This document shows, one piece after another, positions 49,578 through 60,000 of a stretch of DNA of 64,000 nt. Position 1 is the stretch's first letter. Every line of letters begins with the position of its first letter. This DNA comes from an uncultured Acidobacteriota bacterium. GTDB taxonomy: Bacteria; Acidobacteriota; JAQAZP01. The stretch lies in the NCBI GenBank assembly GCA_963836075.1, contig CAWIIB010000001.1, forward strand, positions 1,536,001 to 1,600,000, in the 5' to 3' direction. A program made the position numbers and the translations under genes. Below the pieces are notes generated by a model, which was given only the letters and a program-made list of their open reading frames with translations, was not told the DNA's origin and ran no database searches.

Positions 49578-50300
49578 ATGAAGCAGACAAAAACCGAGGG
49601 AATCGAAAAGCTCGTCGAACACCAGCTCGGGCTGTGGCAAACCAGGCGGAAGATCAGCGACGAGCGCATCCGCCGGGAAGCGGACCCCGGGCGCACGCTC
49701 AGTTTCATCACTCTCTCCCGGGACGCCGGCAACGGCGGGGTGGCGGTGGCCCAGGGACTGGCCGAACGTCTGGGCTGGCGGGTCTTCGACAGCGAAATCG
49801 TGGAGTACATCGCCCAGCGGTCCAGCGTGCACCGGGACCTCATCGGCACGCTGGACGAGTCGACCCGGGATTTCGTCACCGACGCGGTGATGGCCCTGGT
49901 GAGCTCCGTGGAACACCGCGAGTACGGCTCGTCGGACTACCGCCAGTCGCTCTTCTCCACCATGGCCATCATCGCCCAGCACGGTGAGGCGGTGATCCTC
50001 GGCCGGGGCGGGAACATCGTCCTCGAGGGGTTCAAGGACAGCCTGCGGGTGCGGCTGATCGCGCCGCAGCCGGTGCGGGTGGCCCGGGTGGCCGAAGAAA
50101 TGTCCATCAGTGCACCAGACGCGGAGAAGCTTGTCCGCCAGACCGACCGAGACCGGAGGGCGTTCATCAAGAAGCAGTTTGGCCGCGATATCGACGATCC
50201 CTGCCTCTACGACCTGGTGATCAACACCGCCGGGATGACTTCCGGCGAAGTGGTTTCCATGATCTGGCAGGCGGCGAGGATCCGGAACCCCGGCATCTGA
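49578..50300 (+). CDS. Cytidylate kinase-like family protein
   Basis: ITLSRDAGNGG..VA..LAERLGW, VILGRGG, VRLIAP and YDLVINT. Confidence 0.85.
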   Translation: MKQTKTEGIEKLVEHQLGLWQTRRKISDERIRREADPGRTLSFITLSRDAGNGGVAVAQGLAERLGWRVFDSEIVEYIAQRSSVHRDLIGTLDESTRDFVTDAVMALVSSVEHREYGSSDYRQSLFSTMAIIAQHGEAVILGRGGNIVLEGFKDSLRVRLIAPQPVRVARVAEEMSISAPDAEKLVRQTDRDRRAFIKKQFGRDIDDPCLYDLVINTAGMTSGEVVSMIWQAARIRNPGI

Positions 50301-50332
50301 ACTCCGGGTTCCCAGTCTGATATAATTGAAGC

Positions 50333-51613
50333 ATGGCCCATCAAACTGCCAGATCGGCCTGGTCCCGTCTGTCCGACCGGCTGAACCGTCACCCCCAGGG
50401 CGCCCCGCCCACGGAACTGCTGTTCAAGATTCTCCAGATACTGCTCAGCGAACGTGAGGCGGACCTCGTCTCCCGACTCCCCATCCGCCCCTTCACCGCT
50501 GAAAAGGCCGGCCGCTGCTGGAAGCTGAACACGGCGGAGAGCCAAAAGGTACTGGACGAACTGGCCCGCCGGGCGATCCTGGTGGATTTCCAACAGAACG
50601 GCACCACCAGCTACGCTCTCCCTCCCCCCATGGCCGGGTTTTTCGAGTTCTCCATGATGCGGGTCAGGGACGACATCGACCAGAAAGCACTGAGCGAACT
50701 GTTTTACCAGTATCTCAACGTTGAGGAAGACTTCATCCTCGACCTGTTCACCAGGGGGGAGACGCAGCTGGGCCGGGCCTTTGTTCACGAACCGGCCCTG
50801 CCCGCGGACAACGGCCTTCACGTGCTCGACTACGAGCGGGCCTCGAAGGTGATCAGCGAGGCCTCCTTCCGGGCGGTGAGCACCTGCTACTGCCGGCACA
50901 AGATGCACCATCTGGGCCGGGCCTGTGACGCCCCGCTGGACATCTGCATGACCTTCAACAGCACCGCCGCCTCGCTGGCCCGGCACGGAAACGCCCGTGA
51001 AGTGGACAGTGCCGAGTGCCTCGACCTGCTGGCCCAGGCCCACGAGAGCAACCTGGTCCAGTTCGGGGAAAACGTGCGCCGCGAAGTGGCTTTTATCTGC
51101 AACTGCTGCGGCTGCTGTTGCGAGGCGATGATCGCCGCCCGGCGTTTCGCCATCCTGCAGCCGGTGCACACCACCAATTTCCTGCCGCTGCTGGGCAGCG
51201 GCGGCTGCGTGGGTTGCGGCAAGTGCGTCAGCGTCTGTCCGGTGGAGGCCATGACCCTGGTCTCGGCCAACGATCCCAACCGGCCGCGACGCAAGACCGT
51301 GCGCCTGGACGAAGGGCTGTGCCTCGGCTGCGGTCTCTGCGTCCGCTCCTGCTCGCGGGACAACATCACCCTCAAACAGCGGCCGGAACGGGTGATCACG
51401 CCGCTGGACGGCACGCACCGGGCGGTGGTGATGGCCATCGAGCGGGGCATCCTGCAGCACCTGGTGTTCGACAACCAGGTATTGCTGAGCCACCGGGCCC
51501 TGGCCGCCGTGCTGGGCGTGATCCTCAAACTCCCCCCGCTGAAGCAGGCCCTGGCCAGCCGCCAGCTCAAGTCACGCTACCTGGAACGGTTGATCAACGG
51601 GAAGGACAACTGA
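50333..51613 (+). CDS. 4Fe-4S dicluster protein with extra Cys cluster
   Basis: CYCRH and ICNCCGCCC, plus two ferredoxin motifs CVGCGKCVSVCP and CLGCGLCVRSC. Confidence 0.85.
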   Translation: MAHQTARSAWSRLSDRLNRHPQGAPPTELLFKILQILLSEREADLVSRLPIRPFTAEKAGRCWKLNTAESQKVLDELARRAILVDFQQNGTTSYALPPPMAGFFEFSMMRVRDDIDQKALSELFYQYLNVEEDFILDLFTRGETQLGRAFVHEPALPADNGLHVLDYERASKVISEASFRAVSTCYCRHKMHHLGRACDAPLDICMTFNSTAASLARHGNAREVDSAECLDLLAQAHESNLVQFGENVRREVAFICNCCGCCCEAMIAARRFAILQPVHTTNFLPLLGSGGCVGCGKCVSVCPVEAMTLVSANDPNRPRRKTVRLDEGLCLGCGLCVRSCSRDNITLKQRPERVITPLDGTHRAVVMAIERGILQHLVFDNQVLLSHRALAAVLGVILKLPPLKQALASRQLKSRYLERLINGKDN

Positions 51614-51935
51614 GGGCCGCCGGGGGCGCCGCCTCACTGGGCGGAGGTGAGGTGCTTCATATAGCCGATGGTGATTTTCTCCGGGAACGGACACCGATGG
51701 ACCGGTCGTATGCCGCCCGCCGGTCGTCGACGGTCAGGGTGGCGTAAGCCTCGTCGATGCGTTTCAGCACCGCCTCGCGTTGTTTTCGCTAACGGCGGGT
51801 AGATATCCATCAATGAAAATGATAGACTTGAATGGTGACATATCATCCACTCCATAATGCTGTTTTCGAGAATCTTGTATTGTTCCCCTCACTTTGAACA
51901 CCCGCAGTGCGGGCAACGAATCAGGGAGAAAGCGA

Positions 51936-52715
51936 ATGAAAGTATTCCCAAAAGAGTCGTTCTCTATCACTATCGCACTTCTTGGCGCCTGTTTCTGTCT
52001 GCTGCTTGCAGGATCAACTGCAATAGCAGAGGATCCTGCACCTGAAGAAACCGGCGCTGCGGAATCAGGAGCATTTTCCATCCCTGAAGGGCAGCAGACA
52101 TTCGAGCAGTTCGTTTCAAATCGTTCAGACGACGTTCGTATCGCCGCCGGTTTTCAAATCGCACAGCTGAGACTTGGCGAGGATTCGGCCTATGTGCCGA
52201 TCGTCGTGGCGATGCAGAGTTTCAAGCACAAGATGTGGAATGTGAAGATGAAGGATGTTATTTTTTCAACCGAAGATGGCACAGAGTTAAAACCCATCTC
52301 ATTGAAAGAAGTGCGGAAACAGTACAGCAAATACGCTGAAGACTACGTCTTCATCACCCGCACGACGACGTTGAAGCAACTCCTGCCCAGCGCTGATATA
52401 TCGGGTGCGATAATGAAGGAAAGAGCGGGTGCGGCGGACGAAACTCAAGCTGACGGACGTGTGGGCGGATTTGGTGGTGCCGACATCAGCCTGCCCGAAT
52501 CAGTCAGTGGCGGCTGGTATCGCCACACCCTCTTCTATCCCAGCCCCGGGCAGACTGCGGTCTATTCGGTCACTCTGGACTTCAAGCAGTTCTTTTATGA
52601 CATCTTCTACTTCAAAAAAGAAGATGTCGTAGGAAAACCGATTCGCATCACGGTACCGGCGAAGAAGAAACGGCCGGCGCAGGAGCTGATTTTCCTGATC
52701 AAGTCGGCCGACTGA
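51936..52715 (+). CDS. Secreted hypothetical protein
   Basis: Long ORF with a signal peptide (…STAIA↓ED); lower GC than neighbours; no family recognised. Confidence 0.65.
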   Translation: MKVFPKESFSITIALLGACFCLLLAGSTAIAEDPAPEETGAAESGAFSIPEGQQTFEQFVSNRSDDVRIAAGFQIAQLRLGEDSAYVPIVVAMQSFKHKMWNVKMKDVIFSTEDGTELKPISLKEVRKQYSKYAEDYVFITRTTTLKQLLPSADISGAIMKERAGAADETQADGRVGGFGGADISLPESVSGGWYRHTLFYPSPGQTAVYSVTLDFKQFFYDIFYFKKEDVVGKPIRITVPAKKKRPAQELIFLIKSAD

Positions 52716-53031
52716 CGGCAGGCATGGCGATGGCAGACGGTCAAGGGCAGCGGCTACCCGTTGTCCTTGACCGATATCGTGATAACGACACCGGGCTCGT
52801 CCTGGCAATCATCAGCCACAGCCTGCCTTCCTTTTCCTGCACCGATATCTTCATTATTGTGGCGATAGATCCACTCGTTCCCTGAGAAGAGTTCCAACCT
52901 CAGATCGACAAGCCTGCTTACCGCCTGTTGCCTTTCCACAGATCCGGTGCTAGAGTTCGTTTCACTAGAGACAAGGCCTACTCTTTTTCCGTGAACCACT
53001 CAAATCACCTGCAGCCACAAGGAGAAAAGGC

Positions 53032-55617
53032 ATGGGAGACGCCATCCGCCCCGCCTGCACGATGAACTCACACCGGTCGCTCATTCGGGCGGCGGGGACG
53101 CTCTTGACCATGCTGGCCATCATGGCCGTCCTCACCGCGGCTCCAGCCCTGGCCGGTCCTGCCGCAACGGCGGCCGCTGACTATACCTCCCTCCTGGAGT
53201 GGCAGTTCAGTGAAACGACAACGCCCATGCCCGCGGGCGGTGTCACCTTCGCCAGGGACACGGCCAGGTGGACCCTGGAATCCGGCACATTTCGTCAGAT
53301 GCGTCCCACCTCGGACGGGGCGGTGACCGGCCTGATCTTCGAGGGCCGGGGCCGCTTCCAGATGACCATCCCCGACAAGCACGAGGCCGGGCAGCTCTTT
53401 CGCTACCCCGACTTTGAAAACACCGACACCATAGACTTGACCTTCTCCCGGATGGTGCTCCGCACACCCGAAGGCCTGGTGGCCGAGCTGGCCGGCGCCC
53501 CTCCCGCCGGCGGGTTCTCCTCCAGCTCGCTGGCCAAAGAGCGGCACGAGCGCTGGCTCCGCTACGCCCGCCTGGATGTGGACAGCCGGGTGATCACCGG
53601 CCTGCTCACCCCGGGGGACGAGTACCTGCTGGTGGACATGGAAGCCGACGGCCCGGGTTGGGTGATGTACCAGTTCGACGCCCTGATCTACGAGGAGGTC
53701 AGCTTCAGCCGGCTGCGGGACACCAACGACCACCAGGAATACCTGGTCAGCCTTGACCGGGCCGAGGACCGCCAGGCCGACGGCACACCGGGCACGGCGC
53801 GGCACGACCGGATCGATGTAACCCACGCCAATATCGTGGTCAGTCTTGATGAGCACGACGGCCGGACGGGCCAGGAGATCGCCCAGGGACTGTCCTCGGG
53901 TCGAGTCGCGCCCGTAACCTGGGTCAATTCGGAAATTCGGTTCAAACCCCTCAATGACGGGGCGAGGGCCGCCAGCTTTTACCTGCGTTCTTTTGCCCAG
54001 GTGTTTCAGGTCACCGACAGTGAGGGGAATGCGCTTCCTTTCATGCGCGACTACATCGGCGACCGGTTCAAAATGGTGCACTACAACGCCCACGACACCA
54101 GCCTGGTCGTCCTCTTCGATGAACCTCTGCAGAAGGACCAGGAATATTCAGTCTCCGTGCTCTCCGGTCGACAAACACTGAACCAGTTGAGTGGACCATC
54201 GTGGTACCCTCTCCCGTATGAGAAGATAAATGACCATCACACGGCAAAGATCACGGTCCTGCATCCCAAAAAACTGGAGCCGTTCGGTCCAGGCACGATC
54301 TCCGGCCCTGTGGAAAAAACCGATGACGATCCGAGACCGGCGGGAAGTGAACAGATGAAACTGGGCGGCAAGTACATGGTGACGACCTTCACCGTGGACG
54401 AGCCCACCCTGTCCGTGGCATGTACTTACGGCTGCAGTTTCAAGAAGGAGCCGGTGCAGGTGGAGGGCCTGCCGGAGATCGTCGCCTTCGGCAAGTCGGA
54501 CGGCGCCACCATCGGCAGCGTGCAGAAGAACAATGCCGCCGACGTGGCCAACAGCCTGAATTTCTACCAGAACTTCCTCGACTGCAAACTGGACACGGAC
54601 CTGCTGCGGGTTTCCCGAGCTGCCGGATTGAACGCGTCCCACGAAAACTTCCTCATTTTCGGCACCTACACCTATACCTACGAAAGCCCGGGGCTCTCCT
54701 CGCTGCTCCGCGGCACCGAAACGGCCTACCAGCTCTGGGGCCACTCGGTGAACTGGAGCAGTTACCGCGACCAGTGGCTGGCCACGGCACTGCCTGAATA
54801 CATGGCAATGCTCTTTCTCGAGTCCACCCAGCCCGAGGAGGGCTTCTTCGACGAGATCCTCGAGGTCTACGGCAACGAACAGATCAGCTCCCAGGCGTCA
54901 GCGATGAGCCGTTTCGCCACCGGCCTCAACGCCCCGACCAGTGTCAGCACGTCGCTGTTCTTCAGTTCAGGAATCAACAGCGGTGTGCGGGAATATGAGT
55001 TCTCGCTGCTCCCCAACTACCTCGATTACAGCCGCTGGGGCACCCAGACGCTGGAAAAGATCGGGCCGATCAGCGTCGGTTTTCGCTCCAGCCCGGCCGA
55101 AGTCCCCCTGGCCCACACGGTGTTCAATCATCGCCGCGGCGTGCTGGTGCTGCACATGCTCCGCTCCCTGCTGAAGAACAGCCCGGCGGGCAAGGAACGT
55201 GATTTCTTCCGGGAGATCCTCAGCACCTTCTACAAGGATTCAGTGGGCCAGGAAGTGAGCACCGTGGATTTCATCAATACCGTGGAGAAGGTGACCCAGG
55301 CCGACTGGGACTGGTTCTTCGAACAGTGGATTTACGGGACGGGCCTGCCCACAATCAGCTGGGGCTGCAATGCCGGTGGGAAGGACGCTAACGGCAAATA
55401 CCCGCTCCAGGTAAACATCACCAAGACCAACGTGCCGGCTGACTTCAAGGTCTTTGTCCCGCTTAAGCTCGATTTCGGCGGTGACCGGTGGACTGAAATT
55501 CTTTTACCGGTCACCAAAGCCACCATGGCTCAGCAGATCCCCCTGCCGGCGGAGCCGAAAAAGGTGGAGCTCAACCCACGGATGTCCTGTCTGGCCAAGA
55601 TAGAAAGTTCCAAGTAA
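53032..55617 (+). CDS. Secreted M1 aminopeptidase-like protein lacking zinc ligands
   Basis: TETAYQLWGH at the HExxHQWWG position and QWLATA at the WLxEG position. Also RGVLVLHMLR and DWFFEQWIYGTGLP. Confidence 0.75.
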   Translation: MGDAIRPACTMNSHRSLIRAAGTLLTMLAIMAVLTAAPALAGPAATAAADYTSLLEWQFSETTTPMPAGGVTFARDTARWTLESGTFRQMRPTSDGAVTGLIFEGRGRFQMTIPDKHEAGQLFRYPDFENTDTIDLTFSRMVLRTPEGLVAELAGAPPAGGFSSSSLAKERHERWLRYARLDVDSRVITGLLTPGDEYLLVDMEADGPGWVMYQFDALIYEEVSFSRLRDTNDHQEYLVSLDRAEDRQADGTPGTARHDRIDVTHANIVVSLDEHDGRTGQEIAQGLSSGRVAPVTWVNSEIRFKPLNDGARAASFYLRSFAQVFQVTDSEGNALPFMRDYIGDRFKMVHYNAHDTSLVVLFDEPLQKDQEYSVSVLSGRQTLNQLSGPSWYPLPYEKINDHHTAKITVLHPKKLEPFGPGTISGPVEKTDDDPRPAGSEQMKLGGKYMVTTFTVDEPTLSVACTYGCSFKKEPVQVEGLPEIVAFGKSDGATIGSVQKNNAADVANSLNFYQNFLDCKLDTDLLRVSRAAGLNASHENFLIFGTYTYTYESPGLSSLLRGTETAYQLWGHSVNWSSYRDQWLATALPEYMAMLFLESTQPEEGFFDEILEVYGNEQISSQASAMSRFATGLNAPTSVSTSLFFSSGINSGVREYEFSLLPNYLDYSRWGTQTLEKIGPISVGFRSSPAEVPLAHTVFNHRRGVLVLHMLRSLLKNSPAGKERDFFREILSTFYKDSVGQEVSTVDFINTVEKVTQADWDWFFEQWIYGTGLPTISWGCNAGGKDANGKYPLQVNITKTNVPADFKVFVPLKLDFGGDRWTEILLPVTKATMAQQIPLPAEPKKVELNPRMSCLAKIESSK

Positions 55618-55676
55618 CCGGCTATATTTCAACGAGTTCCACGGGGGGCGGCACGGCATTGCCGGCCGTCCCCCGG

Positions 55677-55705
55677 TTGACAGTGGCCGGTGGGACACCT
55701 ATATT
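55677..55705 (+). promoter_or_regulatory. Sigma70-type promoter
   Basis: TTGACA-17 nt-TATATT. Confidence 0.6.
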
Positions 55706-55773
55706 GAATTCGAGATAGCCATTATTGTGTTAATTGTGCGCCTTGCCGCTTAGAGCCGAAGGAGAGGTTTGCC

Positions 55774-56898
55774 ATGTCCAAAGATCGTGACCCGAAAGCG
55801 TCAGGCGTCAATCGACGCACCTTCCTCAAGACCGGTGCCGCCGCGGCGGCCGGCGTTGCCGCGGTAACGGGCAAGGCAAAAGCGGACGACCGGGGCGGGT
55901 TCGGCGCCCGCTTCTCCAGGGTGGTCCGGGTCTATGACCCGCAGGTGACCGACTGGGATTACAGCTCCAACTACTACTGGGACTACATCGACCAGGACCG
56001 GCTGAACCACATGGTGGACGAGGGGATCAAGGAACTGGCCCACGTCTTCCCGGGGTACAACCACCTCAAGCGCGCCTGGATGCGGATCATGAACCCCTAC
56101 CAGGCGGGTGACAAGATCGCGGTCAAGATCAACCTCAACAACTATGCCGGGATGTCCAACGAGATGGACGCTATTGGCCCGCCCATCGCCGCACTCTGCC
56201 GCGGCCTGGTGGACGTGCTGGGTGTGCCGGCCGGTGACATCTACGTCTACGACTGCTCCCGGCCCATCGACCAGGCCCGGGTGCGGACCTACGTCCCCTA
56301 CGCGGTGAACTGGGTCGAGTCGGGCGACACCCTGGCCCAGGCCGACTACGACGCGCCGGTCACCTACCGCGGCATCTCCACCCAGTACATGCCAAAGGTC
56401 GTGACCCAGGCCCAGCACCTGATCAACATGCCGCTGTTCAAGGACCACATGTTCTGCCTCTCCACCATGGCCTTTAAAAATCACCTGGGCACCACCAAGC
56501 CCGGACCGTCGAGCCTGCACTCGCCGATCCACACCAACCTCTCCGACCTCAACGCCACCCCGCACATCAGGGACAAGACCCGCCTGCTTTTTGGCGACGC
56601 GCTCTTCGGCCTCTATAACGGTGGCCCCTACGGCGAGCCGATGCAGTGGTCCACTTTCCCCGGCGGCCCCACTCCGAACAGCATCTTCCTCTCCAAGGAC
56701 CCGGTGGCCCACGAGTCGGTGATGATCGACTACCTGATCGCCGAACAGGAGCACCACGGGATCAGCGTCATCTCCCACGAGTTCCTGCACGACGCCTCCC
56801 AGTATCACGAACTGGGTGTCCACGAGCACCGCGGGCCGGGGGGGAAATACAACCGCATTCTCTACCGCCAGATCAATGCCGGCGACACGTTCCAGTAA
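55774..56898 (+). CDS. Tat-exported DUF362-domain protein
   Basis: NRRTFLK Tat motif; GDKIAVKIN, LINMPLFKDH, TMAFKNHLG and SKDPVAHE. Confidence 0.8.
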   Translation: MSKDRDPKASGVNRRTFLKTGAAAAAGVAAVTGKAKADDRGGFGARFSRVVRVYDPQVTDWDYSSNYYWDYIDQDRLNHMVDEGIKELAHVFPGYNHLKRAWMRIMNPYQAGDKIAVKINLNNYAGMSNEMDAIGPPIAALCRGLVDVLGVPAGDIYVYDCSRPIDQARVRTYVPYAVNWVESGDTLAQADYDAPVTYRGISTQYMPKVVTQAQHLINMPLFKDHMFCLSTMAFKNHLGTTKPGPSSLHSPIHTNLSDLNATPHIRDKTRLLFGDALFGLYNGGPYGEPMQWSTFPGGPTPNSIFLSKDPVAHESVMIDYLIAEQEHHGISVISHEFLHDASQYHELGVHEHRGPGGKYNRILYRQINAGDTFQ

Positions 56899-56919
56899 CC
56901 GACCCGGGAAGACAACACC

Positions 56920-56954
56920 ATGCCCGGCGCCCCGCGCGCCGGGCATTTCTTTTT
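56920..56954 (+). terminator. Rho-independent terminator
   Basis: atgcccggcgc-cccgc-gcgccgggcat followed by ttcttttt. Confidence 0.75.
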
Positions 56955-57009
56955 ACGCTACGATTGCTCAGACACGTTTAGCGGACCCACGAGCCGGAGG
57001 AACCACCTG

Positions 57010-60000
57010 TTGACCGGGAAACCAGCTGCCGCTGACGCGGCGCCATTCCAGTATCCCGCAACGCTTGCTGTCCTGGTCACCCTGGCCCTGCTCTTCTGTG
57101 CACCCGCCCCGGTGCCCGCCGGGTACTTCTTCGATGCGGCCGCCGCCTTTGGCGCCGGTTACCGGCCGGTCTACCTCTTGGCCGGAGACCTCGACCTGGA
57201 CGGTATCACCGATTTGGTGGTGAACAACTACTACGGCAACAGCGTCTGTGTGCTTCCGGGCCGCGGGGACGGCACTTTCCAGTCTGCGATCTTCACCGGT
57301 GTGGGCGGCAACTGTTTCGGCGGCGCCATCGGTGACCTGGACGAGGACGGCATTCCCGACATGGTGGTCAACCATGACGACTACTGGGGGATCACCATCC
57401 TGCTGGGCAACGGGGACGGTTCGTTCACCAGCGGTGAGGTGTACGAACCCCAGGGGGTCAACCCGGCCAACATGGTCCTCGGCGACCTCGACGGCGACGG
57501 GCACCTCGACCTGGCGGTGGCCAACATCTTCAGCGACGACATCTCCATCCACCTCGGGCCGGGGGACGGCACACTGGAGTTCGCCGGCAATGTCGCCACC
57601 GGCGATTTCCCCATCGGGATCCTGCTGGCCCACCTGGACGGCGACGATCTCCCGGACCTGCTCACGGCGAACATGCACGACAACACGGTATCGGTATTGC
57701 TCAATGCCGGGTCCGGCTCCTTTGCCCCGCAGGTGGTCTACGATGCCGGGATCTACCCCTACTCCATCGCCCTCGGCGATCTGAACGGGGACGGCCATCC
57801 GGACCTGGCGGTGGGCCACGACCAGGGCGATACCGTGGTCATTCTCGACGGCAACGGCGACGGCACGTTTGGCGGCCCACGGGAATTCCCCGCCGGAGCC
57901 TACCCCAACGACGTGGCCCTGGGCGACCTGGACGGGGACGGTCTGCTGGACCTGGCCACCACCAGCCGGGGTGCTGTGCCGGGCAGCGGAAACGGGGTCA
58001 CCGTTCTGCGGGCCACCGGTGACGGTTCGTTCAGCGAACCGCTGGCCCCGGCCGCCGCCGGCCAGGCGGAGCTGGTCCTGCTGGCCGACCTGAACCGTGA
58101 CGGCCTGCTGGACGCCGCCGTGCTCAACGACCTGCAGCGGCGGGTCTGCGTCCTCCTGGGACGGGGGGACGGGACCTTCCGCAGTGCCCCGGACTACGAG
58201 GCCGGGGACGAGCCGCTGGACACGGCCCAGGGCGACCTCGACGGTGACGGGCTGGTGGACCTGGCGGTTGCCGGCGGCGGGGGGAGCGAGGTGAGCCTTC
58301 TCCGCGGCCGGGGCGACGGGACTTTTGACCAGCCGGACGGTGTGGCCGCCGGTCCCGCTCCCGACCTGGTACGGCTGGCCGATCTCGAGCGGGACGGCGA
58401 TCTCGACCTGGTGGTGCGCAGCAGTGCGGGCCAGGGCCTGACCACCTTGACCAATGACGGGGCCGGCGGCTTCACCGGTCTCACCACACACGATTTCGGT
58501 TTCCGCCCGAATACCGTCGCAGCCCGGGACGTTGATGGCGACCGCTATCCCGACCTGGTGCTGACCAACGGGGGCTCCGCCATGGTGGCGGTGGCGATCA
58601 ACGACGGGGACGGCTCCTTTGCCGGCCCCCTGTTCTATCCGGGTTCCGGCCAGCCGTCGACCTCTGTGGTGGCCGACCTGGACGGCGACGGTGACCCCGA
58701 CATCGCCGTGGACGACCGGGCGGGCCTGGTTCACATCCTGATCAACGACGGGACCGGCGCCTTCACCCCGGGCACGGCGGCCACCGCCCCGCTGGCCCGG
58801 GGCCTGGCCGCGGGGAACCTGGACGGCGACCCGTTCCCCGACCTGGCCGTGGGCCGCAACCAGTCCGACCGGATCAGCATCCTGCTGAACAACGGTGACG
58901 GGACCTTCCGCCCGGCGGGAGAGGTCCTGGCCGGCAGCGAGATGACCGGCATGCTCGCCCGTGACCTGGACGCCGACGGGTTCACCGATCTGCTGGCCGC
59001 CTCGGCCGGAACGGAGGCCGTGGCCATCCTGCCGGGCAAGGGCGACGGCACCTTTGGTGAAACTCTGCACATCCCGCTCAAGGGCGCGCCCTCCGGGTTG
59101 ACCGTTGGTGACCTCAACGGTGACCGCGCCCCGGACGCGGTGCTGGCCATGTCCGGGCATGACACGGTGACCGTATTGCTGAACAGCACTCCGCTGTCGT
59201 CGCTGATCGCGGCCGCGCCCGGCCCGGGCCACAGTAATCCCCCGCTGATCCGTCTGTTCAGACCGGGATTTCCCGGGGAACCCCTGGTGGAGATCGCCCC
59301 TTACGGCGCCGCGGGGTTCGGGGCTTCCATGGCCCTCGGCGACCTCGATGCCGACGGATCGGCGGAACTGGTCACCGGGCCGGGGCCGGGCCCGTTGTAC
59401 GGGCCTCACGTCCGCGGGTTCCGCCTGGACGGCAGCCCCATCCCGGGAATCTCCTTCCTGGCCTACGGGACCAGCAAGTGGGGCGTCAACGTGGCCTGCG
59501 GCGACACGGACGGTGACACCTTCGACGAAATCATCACCGGGGCCGGTCCGGGAGCGGTGTTCGGCCCCCATGTGCGCGGGTGGAACTGGGACGGATCGGG
59601 CGTTGCCGCGGCGATCCCCGCACTCTCCTTCCTCGCCTACGGCACACCGAAATGGGGCGTCAACGTGGCCTGCGGCGACGTGGACGGCGACGCCATTGAT
59701 GAAATCATCACCGGGGCCGGACCGGGGGCCGTGTACGGCCCGCACGTCCGCGGCTGGAACGTGGACGGGGCCGGACCGGCCTCAGCCATTACGGGGCTCT
59801 CCTTCCTGGCCTACGGGACCCACAAGTGGGGGGTCAACGTGGCCTGTGGCGACATCGACGGGGACGGTATGGACGAGATCGTCACCGGAGCCGGCCCTGG
59901 TGCGGTGTTCGCCGCGCATGTCCGCGGCTGGAACCTTGACGGAGCCACCGGCGTGAGCGCCATACCGGGCATGAACTTTCTGGCCTACTCCGGACTGGCC

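Noticed and set aside
56920-57009. ORF-track start of the VCBS protein at 56920
   Set aside because: That ATG lies inside the upstream terminator hairpin; the SD and signal peptide favour TTG 57010.
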